DNA from: Amphiscolops sp. MND2022
Taxonomy: Eukaryota
Length of the DNA: 64,000 nucleotides
Reading direction: 5' to 3'
Assembly (NCBI GenBank): GCA_964187785.1
Contig: OZ076414.1
Location: 55,676,001 to 55,740,000, forward strand
Position 1 is the stretch's first letter. Each line of letters begins with the position of its first letter. A program made the translations under genes and the position numbers. Positions 56,317-64,000 of this stretch are shown in pieces. The notes beneath the pieces were generated by a model, which was not told the origin of the DNA, did no database searches, and saw nothing but the letters and a program-made list of their open reading frames with translations.

Positions 56317-57069
56317 TTAAGTTGAAAGGGGGGCATACAGGGTATTTATGACTTTTACTTCGAAAAATATGGAATTGTTTTTTAGCCAGGGGTTCTCTGG
56401 GTTCATGAGTTCATCATGTGGGATGAAGCACAAGATGGTGATTGCTGTGTTGCTGGTTGTGGGAATAGGTTTCTTGAAGCACTCACTGTTATTGTTATTC
56501 GTCACAATGAGCTGTTTGTAGGGTTTGTAAATATTGCCTTGACCAAGGAGGTGTATCTCGATAACGCCTTGGAAGGGCCAAGTGAGTATCTCATCGTAGG
56601 GTCCCGGACACATAGCCAAGCATACTGACATGTATTTCCCTTTGGCAGTGTCGATGCCATAAGGGTAAGCTCGTAGATGAAAGGTGTACCCAAAGGGTTG
56701 TGAGAAGAAGATAGGGCTACAGACGTCTTTTAGGCTATTAGGATCACAATAGGGTGCTCTTACATGAGACAAACTTTTTTCGTATTTTTCAGCATTCTGA
56801 AAAATATCAGAAAATTGATCAAGCCTCCAAATAACTTTGTAGAGGTTCCAATCCCGTGGAATTGATTTCTTTTCGATACGAAGGATTCGCATCTCAAGTG
56901 CGTCGAGCTTTTTACTGATCTCGTGTATCATATCAGAATCAAATGTGTCATCTTTATATTGGGTGATATTGAGTTTTTGTCGAAGCAATAGTAACTCATT
57001 GATTAGGGAGTCCGTAAGGGACCTTTCATCTTCCAATTGTTCAATAAGGGTAGATGAGCTTGTGTTCAT
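56317..57069 (-). CDS. TRAF-like protein: coiled coil + MATH/TRAF-C domain, no RING or zinc fingers (250 aa)
   Basis: VIWRLDQFS, SPIFFSQPFGYTFHLRAYPYG, GKYMSV, GPYDEILTWPF, F.KP, FIPHDEL, LKNNSIFFEVKV follow the TRAF-C consensus. Confidence 0.9.
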   Translation of the reverse strand: MNTSSSTLIEQLEDERSLTDSLINELLLLRQKLNITQYKDDTFDSDMIHEISKKLDALEMRILRIEKKSIPRDWNLYKVIWRLDQFSDIFQNAEKYEKSLSHVRAPYCDPNSLKDVCSPIFFSQPFGYTFHLRAYPYGIDTAKGKYMSVCLAMCPGPYDEILTWPFQGVIEIHLLGQGNIYKPYKQLIVTNNNNSECFKKPIPTTSNTAITILCFIPHDELMNPENPWLKNNSIFFEVKVINTLYAPLST

Positions 57070-57105
57070 CTTGATAAGTCGTTCTGAAATTCAATGGAAA
57101 AGACT

Positions 57106-57615
57106 TTAAATAAATGCTGAAATATCTCTAATAGGTACCACAATCCTCTGGTAGCCTAGGGTCGGATTTTCCAATGTAAATTCTTGACGGTTAGAATCCC
57201 AGAATACAATATTCCAATGATTATATTCGCGTTTCAAGAGATAATTTAATTCGGTCCGGAATCGTGGGTTCCTGGTGAAAATATATTTATTAGCAGCTTC
57301 CTCGTTTTTTCGTTGTTGTCGTAGTTTCTCGTGAGCCGAGAGGGAAGCTTTTTGCCTTTTATGAGAACGCTTAATGGACGTTGAATGAGGTCGTTTAGTG
57401 GGTAGGGGTGTTGTTTTTAAGTTGTTGCGCGGAGGAGGTGGTGCTGTTTCAGTAACACCTTCTGCAATAGTTTCCGTTGAGAGAAACTCTAAATCTGTTG
57501 GGGAGAGCAAGGGGAGATCAAGTAGTCCGCTGTTGTCGAGTTTTGGTTCACCTGTTAATAACTCGATTTCTTCAGCCACAGTTTTGTCGGTTTGCATATT
57601 CTGAATACTAAACAT
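57106..57615 (-). CDS. Unknown accessory protein (163-169 aa): acidic N-terminus, Pro-rich linker, basic NLS-like patch
   Basis: Intact ORF between env and TRAF with its own splice acceptor; KRPH...KRSHKRQK. Confidence 0.7.
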   Translation of the reverse strand: MFSIQNMQTDKTVAEEIELLTGEPKLDNSGLLDLPLLSPTDLEFLSTETIAEGVTETAPPPPRNNLKTTPLPTKRPHSTSIKRSHKRQKASLSAHEKLRQQRKNEEAANKYIFTRNPRFRTELNYLLKREYNHWNIVFWDSNRQEFTLENPTLGYQRIVVPIRDISAFI

Positions 57616-57625
57616 AAAAATACAA

Positions 57626-59734
57626 TTACACTGGAGAAACAGTATGGGTATTCGAAGTAGGGGGCCTACTTATGGCAGGGTAAATGTGTTCGAGGGTTTC
57701 GTGCTCATTGTAATTTTTGTCTGGAGGGGTATCTGAGACCATTGGGTCATGTTGGGGAACTTGATTAAGTGTTGATATCATCGAAACTGTGAATAGATTG
57801 TAGGTTGCTGATAGAAGTATTTTGCCAATACCCCAAGAAGCTCCTGTAACTCGGTGTAGTTCAAATGAGCGAAATGTTATAACAATCACATTGACCAAAA
57901 ACTTGATAAGAAGAAATCCACCAAACCACTGTCCCAATTTGCTAAACCAGTATTCGATAATACCAAAAGTGCTGATGAACTGTTCCTTGAAATATCCTGG
58001 TGATATCATGTTATCCACATAGAAATTTGTACGTGGTGCAAAGTAACCAAATTCGTCTGGTCCTTTATCGGCAGCTGAAGGTATAATGAGTTCTCGTGAA
58101 AACTTTTGCAAGGCATTCCTCGAAGCCGCGCTGATCAGAATATTGTCCCAAAAATCGCTGAGTTGTCCTTTTGTGTACATTCCAGCATCTTGAGACTCAT
58201 CGAAAGCATCTTTTGTGAAAGGAGAAATCTCTTTCGGACCGAAGATAGCAGGTCTATCTCTATGTGTAGGCTCTGGATTTAAAGAAAACCAAGAGTCCTT
58301 GTCTTGCATATCTAGTTGAAAAAGGTTCTTTATTCTATCTGTGCAATTTTGGGTATTTGCGTTAGGGTAGGTTTGTCTGGTGATGGGGTCTACGAATTGA
58401 ATTTGTCCCTTGTAGAATATGGGTATTTTGTCATAACAATTGTTCATGACATGAAGAGGTGATGAAATCAGTGGGCATGAATAGAGCCAGGCGAGACTAC
58501 CATCAGTTTCAAGGAACATGGATCTATTTCCAGTAAGCATGTATCCAGCAAGGCGTGGATTTTCCAAAGACAGCATTAAAATAGTTAGAATTTGGGTTCG
58601 TTCCTGTTCGCACTGGTTTTTCAACATTTGAATTTCGGAAGATTGCAGTGCTCGGGTGCTTTCGAAGAACAGGTAATCCAGTTTTGTTCCAACTTGCATT
58701 TCATAATCCATGTTGAGCCAAGTATTAACGTACTTGTCTTTAACTGTGGCATCTCTGTTGTACACGTAAAGTCCAGGTTTCCCAGAATTGTCTGTGGAGT
58801 ATTGGAGGGTATAAGATCCTCTTGTTATCCCCATCTTTCTTCCGGAGGCCATGTCAAATCCACCGGTATGTATCACAATGTACATGGACTCGTAATTTGT
58901 GGGATATACGTCGTTTGGTTTGTTGCAGAATTTTTGAGGGTAGTTCTTCACTTCGAACAAAAATTTGGAGGAGGAATCGTTGGTGCTCACCATGTGATAC
59001 CTGTGTTCATTCTTTATCATATTCACATGTTCTTCTTTCAATACTGAAAGTACACAGTTATCTGGGTGGTCCCAAATATAAGCGTAGGGATCCAAGGATG
59101 TGCTTTGGCAACCCAGATCGTCAAGTTTGCATGGGAGAGGATTTCCATTTACATTGTGAACTGTTCCATCTCTCAGCTTGACGGGTAGGGTAACATCTTG
59201 AATGTGACTCTCAAAAGTATCTTTGATCATCCAAGACCTTCCAGTGCAATGGTTTCTGTTTTCTTCGCTCTTCTTTCCGTTCGTATAGGACTGAGTTAGT
59301 TTGTTTCCCTTTTTAAACTGGACCATGTGATCCAATATTTGTATCTTTCCCTCTTCTCGTGCTCTTCGACATTGTTCGGGGCTCAAATCGATATCGCTAG
59401 TTATTGTACTTTGTTCTGCATCGATACTCGCATGGTCATGATATCCACAATGCCATTTGAATCTACTGTGCTTTAGGCGGCACATAGTGGCATTGAGTTC
59501 TGTACGAAAGTGCTTCGTGTAGACAGTGATTATGGCTGGGTTGATTTCAATATTTTCTGGGGAAACGTGGCAGGGTCTCACTTGATTGAGCGCATATAAT
59601 TTGTTTTCGGTCATTTCTCCACAGTCATAGTGCGATACACTAAGCCTTTGTGCGATGTCATCCAGGTTTGGATTGGGGAGGCTATTGATTAGGGAGTAGC
59701 ACGTAATGAATAATATCAAAATTTTACTGCACAT
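57626..59734 (-). CDS. env: Envelope fusion glycoprotein, chuvirus (Jingchuvirales)-like class III fusogen (702 aa)
   Basis: Signal peptide; HYDC, C...HCG.H.H, C...C, W...DNC, QCEQER, ENPRLAGY, SCP, CYDKIPI, DAGMYT; C-terminal TM. The cysteine spacing matches chuviral glycoproteins as I recall them. Confidence 0.8.
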   Translation of the reverse strand: MCSKILILFITCYSLINSLPNPNLDDIAQRLSVSHYDCGEMTENKLYALNQVRPCHVSPENIEINPAIITVYTKHFRTELNATMCRLKHSRFKWHCGYHDHASIDAEQSTITSDIDLSPEQCRRAREEGKIQILDHMVQFKKGNKLTQSYTNGKKSEENRNHCTGRSWMIKDTFESHIQDVTLPVKLRDGTVHNVNGNPLPCKLDDLGCQSTSLDPYAYIWDHPDNCVLSVLKEEHVNMIKNEHRYHMVSTNDSSSKFLFEVKNYPQKFCNKPNDVYPTNYESMYIVIHTGGFDMASGRKMGITRGSYTLQYSTDNSGKPGLYVYNRDATVKDKYVNTWLNMDYEMQVGTKLDYLFFESTRALQSSEIQMLKNQCEQERTQILTILMLSLENPRLAGYMLTGNRSMFLETDGSLAWLYSCPLISSPLHVMNNCYDKIPIFYKGQIQFVDPITRQTYPNANTQNCTDRIKNLFQLDMQDKDSWFSLNPEPTHRDRPAIFGPKEISPFTKDAFDESQDAGMYTKGQLSDFWDNILISAASRNALQKFSRELIIPSAADKGPDEFGYFAPRTNFYVDNMISPGYFKEQFISTFGIIEYWFSKLGQWFGGFLLIKFLVNVIVITFRSFELHRVTGASWGIGKILLSATYNLFTVSMISTLNQVPQHDPMVSDTPPDKNYNEHETLEHIYPAISRPPTSNTHTVSPV

Positions 59735-59847
59735 TTTGGAACTAACTGGGGGAAATCTTAGGTGTTTGCCAGAGCTCAGTTTTCAGAGGGGCAAACTGTT
59801 AAGAAGAAAAAATCAAAAAGAGGAAAGTTAAACGGTAGCTTGCTAAC

Positions 59848-59996
59848 CGAGAGTTGGTGGAGTCGAATTTGACAACCAGTTAGAATCAAATTGATTCTAT
59901 TGTTGAAGAATGTTCTTCAGAAACGAGAGTTGGTGGAGTCGAATTTGACAACCAATTAGAATCAAATTGATTCTGTTGTTGAAGAATGTTCTTCAG
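59848..59996. repeat. 2 x 76-bp direct repeat containing two palindromes
   Basis: Units start at 59848 and 59924; each has AGAATCAA-A-TTGATTCT and TGAAGAA-TG-TTCTTCA. Confidence 0.85.
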
Positions 59997-60313
59997 GAAC
60001 TGAAACGAGACAATTATTGTCTAACGTTTTCAACCAGGGTGAACACCGAATTTGGATTTGATAGCTTGCTAACCAAAAATAGGTGTAGTCACAGTGATCA
60101 CTGCTTTAGATTTGAGATTGGTGCACAGGTCTATGGATTGAAGATTTCAGTGTCTGGCTCAATTGATAGCCGTTTTCATAAGTACTGAAAGTACACTCTG
60201 TTATCAGAAGTGAAGTTATGGAATTTGGGATTTGAAGTGAAAGTTGAGAAAGAGGATCGTAAAATTTTATTTACCAAACAAAAATTTATTTCAAAACGAA
60301 AATGAGATGAAAT

Positions 60314-60778
60314 TTACAAATCATAAAACTGGATAAGATCCTTGTACAATTTGCTATATTTAGGTGAAGTGACACACTCAATGTCCATGACACTGGTTAA
60401 TTCACCTAACACAAGCAGATCAAATTTGGTGATGTGCCTTTCAGGTCTCTGTTCGTATGACAGGAGGGAAGCGGCTAGTGACGCGTATAGAAGGGTGTCC
60501 TTGTAGATTTGTTTCTGATACTTTTTGTCAGGCAGGTCGTAACGTTCAAAGTGAACGCAAATCTTGAATTCGTAGGTCCAAGTCCACCGAATATAGGTGA
60601 TCAAAAATTGTTTGTTGTTTTCAGCAACGAAAATAGTCCAGGGGCAATTGAAACTGAGTTCTTCGTACTTTTTCTCCCAGAGGGTATCCCAGTAAATAGT
60701 AGGAGGAGGATAAATTTGAGTAATCCTCGGTTTTGTTCTTTTGCGTGAGTCTTTTTTGAGAATAGACTGTGGGTTCAT
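60314..60778 (-). CDS. Unknown ORF B (154 aa from the first ATG)
   Basis: ATG overlaps the ORF A stop (TAATG at 60780-60776); aromatic-rich, globular-looking. Confidence 0.65.
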   Translation of the reverse strand: MNPQSILKKDSRKRTKPRITQIYPPPTIYWDTLWEKKYEELSFNCPWTIFVAENNKQFLITYIRWTWTYEFKICVHFERYDLPDKKYQKQIYKDTLLYASLAASLLSYEQRPERHITKFDLLVLGELTSVMDIECVTSPKYSKLYKDLIQFYDL

Positions 60779-60996
60779 TAGAGATGGTTGTTTTCTCCTC
60801 TGAACAAATCCGAAGGTATGTCTCCCACAAATTTCATAAGGTGGAGAAAATAGTCCCAATATACTGAATGTTGATCTACAAAAACAATATCTTTTTTCGA
60901 GGTGATGTAGTGCCTTACACAGATATAGATTCTGTCTTGATGCAGCTCAGTTCTATAGATCCGGTAGAATTCGTTTTCAATTTTGATGTAGGTCAT
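60778..60996 (-). CDS. Unknown ORF A (72 aa from the first ATG)
   Basis: ATG 8 nt after the acceptor TTTTGACTATTTCAG. Confidence 0.55.
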   Translation of the reverse strand: MTYIKIENEFYRIYRTELHQDRIYICVRHYITSKKDIVFVDQHSVYWDYFLHLMKFVGDIPSDLFRGENNHL

Positions 60997-61021
60997 ACGA
61001 CGAACTGAAATAGTCAAAAGT

Positions 61022-61795
61022 TTTTTACCCACGGCAGAGATTGATACTATGATCGTTACCGTGCTGAAAAGTTATTTACCCACGGCAGAGATTGATACTT
61101 TGATCGTTACCGTGCTCGTTTTTGTGAAAAATTCTTTACCCACGGCAGAGATTGATGCTATGATCGTTACCGTGCTGAAAAGTTATTTACCCACGGCAGA
61201 GATTGATGCTATGATCGTTACCGTGCTGAAAAGTTATTTACCCACGGCAGAGATTGATGCTATGATCGTTACCGTGCTGAAAAGTTATTTACCCACGGCA
61301 GAGATTGATGCTATGATCGTTACCGTGCTGAAAAGTTATTTACCCACGGCAGAGATTGATGCTATGATCGTTACCGTGCTGAAAAGTTATTTACCCACGG
61401 CAGAGATTGATACTATGATCGTTACCGTGCTGAAAAGTTATTTACCCACGGCAGAGATTGATACTTTGATCGTTACCGTGCTCGTTTTTGTGAAAAATTC
61501 TTTACCCACGGCAGAGATTGATGCTATGATCGTTACCGTGCTCAATTTTGTGAAAAAGTTATTTACCCACGGCAGAGATTGATACTTTGATCGTTACCGT
61601 GCTCGTTTTTGTGAAAAATTCTTTACCCACGGCAGAGATTGATGCTATGATCGTTACCGTGCTGAAAAGTTATTTACCCACGGCAGAGATTGATGCTATG
61701 ATCGTTACCGTGCTGAAAAGTTATTTACCCACGGCAGAGATTGATGCTATGATCGTTACCGTGCTGAAAAGTTATTTACCCACGGCAGAGATTGA
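61022..61795. repeat. Tandem array of 15 units (51 bp, some 60-61 bp) in the element's leader
   Basis: Unit GCTATGATCGTTACCGTGCTGAAAAGTTATTTACCCACGGCAGAGATTGAT. Confidence 0.93.
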
Positions 61796-61806
61796 TGGTC
61801 GCACCA
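61796..61806 (-). promoter_or_regulatory. Primer-binding site (TGGTGCGACCA)
   Basis: Begins with TGG, 3 nt after the 5' LTR end; same 14-mer as 37393-37406. Confidence 0.8.
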
Positions 61807-61809
61807 GTT

Positions 61810-63884
61810 TGTAAAGGTTCGATTGGGTTTAGGAGAAAATTAGTCTTCTGAGATTCTTGGTCAATAGTGTTTAGGAGTTAGTTTGCGACTATGCCTTCCT
61901 AAACCTTTACAAAAGTTGTCTCTAGGTCTTCCGAGTTCGCAGGAAGGACTTTGTTTCGAGAGAAGAGTTTGAATATATGAAAAGAATTTGAATTAGTTCG
62001 AGTATTATATTCAACAATGTTTGTTTTTACACAATACGCAAGAATACAATACAAACAGAATAATGTAATCATCCAAGTTGACACAAATATCCAATCAATA
62101 ATATCTGATTTGTTTAGCATTCACCACAAATAAATACATCAATTATTTAGGGAGCAATGTTCAGGTAAGTTGTTTAAATACTATAAAAACTGGAATTTTC
62201 TGATCTTATTGTCCAACAATTTGATTAGGACAAGTGTGCTGACTTTTGGCCAGAATTCCAGTCTATTCAGACCGGTTTGGGGTTCCTAGAGTTCTCAACA
62301 ATGTAGTGAGAGTTACTAAGTCTATTGACAATTCACGTGACAGGTTTGTCACACGTTCTAGCTTATAGGAAGCGAAGAACTAGCTTATAGGAAGCTGAGA
62401 GTTAAATAAAATAGTTTTAGCCTATATGACCAGCCAATTACTAGGTCGAAGACAGGATTGTCTTGAGCATAGACTTATAAGAAGTCTTGCGAATCTAAGT
62501 AAATTAAGGGTCTTATCTAACCAGCATTCGCTAGGTTTTTGTTCGGACAAGATTGCCGATTGGGCTCGATCCAGAGGTTCGGTGCCGTGTTCTAAGAGTT
62601 TTAACCTATTGCAATGGACCAGCAAGTTTGCTAGGTCGAGAGGAAGACAAGTTTGTCTAAAGACTTTGAAGAAGTCTTGTGAGTCTAAGTGAGTTAAAGG
62701 CCTTATTTCAACCAGCAGTTTGCTAGGTTGCTTTTTAGACAAGATTGTCAGAATTCTGTTCAATACTTTATAAGGTTACATGCATTTTACTTTTTAATCA
62801 GTTTGTTTTACTTGCAAGTTAGCTGCAGTTATTGAAATGATCTAGACTAGCAGTCGCTAAGTCTTGACGCAATCGCGTACTAAGAGGAAAGTGATCTCCG
62901 TCGAGAATTGTTTGGGAGCGTTTAGCTCTAGTTAGTTTTCCCTATGATTTTCATAGGAGAACCTTGTCGGTTGTTTGTCTCTTCAGTCACTAGGACTGGG
63001 GGTTGTCTATAAAAGACAGGTAGTAAAAAGGAGCAAAGAAAAAAGAGAGAAATTTTGAGTTGTGAATTTTGAAGTTATTTTCTAAGTTAAAGAAAATAAC
63101 TAACCTGAAGTTTGAAGCAAAGATTGGGTCGGAGAGATTTGTTCTCACAAGAGAGAGATTTTTTTGAGAGAGATGATTTATAGCAGAGGCGAAGAGGAGA
63201 GTCAGAGTGAGAGTGTGTGAGAGAGTTATGCGAGAAAATTATTAATCAATTTGCTAGAGTCCGGCTTTTTATACGAGCCGACCGAACGGTACAACCAATC
63301 AAATCGGTTGGCGTTTTTTATTGGATACGAAATTATTTCGTCATTATCTCGTCAATATTTTGTCCATAATTGGAATCGCATTCACTATTGGATGCAACCG
63401 AATAGAAGTCGGCGGGGATTGCATCAGCTACCGAATATGTTCGGCTAACCGAGTTGGCTGACGCAACTCTTTGTATTTGTCAGGGGAATTAATCCTCTCA
63501 AGTGGGGGACTTTGTTCCCACTTGAGAATTCTTTTGTTTAAAATTGAGAATTTGGCCGTACAAGTGGCGCCTATTATTCTCTTTTCAGAGATATTTACTG
63601 GCACAAGTGGCGTCGCATATTGTCTTTTCAGGGGAGATAAAAGATAATTGTTTGCACAAGTGGCAAGCGTTTTCTTTTGTAGAGGGGAATTCTCCCTTTC
63701 ATATGACGCGCAGCTGTAATTTTGTTTATCTCTAAAATTCTTTCAAGCGTGCCTGGAGAATTGAAAGAATTTGAGTAAGAGTTCACAAAAATTGAATAAA
63801 AAAAATTCTAGCTCCGATTGAATAATTTTCTAAATATGTTTTTTCAAATATTAAAATGAAGAGAAAGTTGTGTTAAACATAACA
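61810..63884 (-). repeat. 5' LTR (2,075 bp)
   Basis: TGTTATG...TTTACA on the minus strand; TATAAAAA at ~63273-63266, CCAAT boxes, donor CAG|GTTAGT at 63105/63104. Confidence 0.96.
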
Positions 63885-64000
63885 CAATACTGACAGTTTT
63901 GTTTTTCTTTTCTAACTAGTCCCTCTCAGCTCTTCCTCCGCTGGCAGTCTCCAACTTTGGGTCAAGCTTGGACCTGTAAATGAAGTCAGTGAAAGAAAGG

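Larger units (their letters stand above)
54219..63884 (-). mobile_element. Young non-autonomous LTR retroelement / endogenous retrovirus-like element lacking gag-pol, 9,666 bp
   Basis: Two 2,075-bp LTRs with TG...CA ends, 4-bp TSD CAAT (54215-54218, 63885-63888), PBS, five minus-strand ORFs, no RT/IN/protease motifs. Confidence 0.93.

Noticed and set aside
61049-61814. Plus-strand repeat-protein ORFs (AMIVTVLKSYLPTAEID)n
   Set aside because: Open only because 51 and 60 are multiples of 3; antisense to the element and broken by a 61-bp unit.

Overview
Eukaryotic (animal-type, AT-rich, GT-AG introns) genomic DNA. Bases 2,961-36,408 carry 14 phase-consistent minus-strand exons from the C-terminal half of HYDIN (ciliary central-pair protein). 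One ~0.55-kb HYDIN intron has been expanded by a complete, apparently intact 18.7-kb Polinton/Maverick (adintovirus-like) element at 10,878-29,554. It has AGTAGT termini, a GTCATT 6-bp target-site duplication (TSD), and genes for pPolB, integrase, packaging ATPase, major and minor capsid, adenain-like protease, a pVII-like core protein, a PLA2-like protein and accessory ORFs. After a 200-N gap (36,956-37,155) lies a nest of LTR retroelements: a decayed G-poor element with an env remnant, a decayed Gypsy pol, and a very young 9.67-kb element (54,219-63,884) with 2,075-bp near-identical LTRs and a CAAT TSD. Two candidate novel systems stand out. (1) The young LTR element has no recognisable gag or pol. 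It carries a chuvirus-like class III fusion glycoprotein, a RING-less TRAF coiled-coil+MATH gene and three unknown ORFs; four of these five ORFs sit behind their own splice acceptor and the fifth is stop-start coupled. It looks like a helper-dependent envelope/immune-modulator satellite retrovirus. (2) Two small Polinton genes, one ending in a p21-like PCNA-binding PIP box and one encoding a RING-like finger, both end in the same histone-mRNA-type stem-loop, suggesting S-phase-coupled expression. All protein family calls come from motif recognition by eye; no database search was run.
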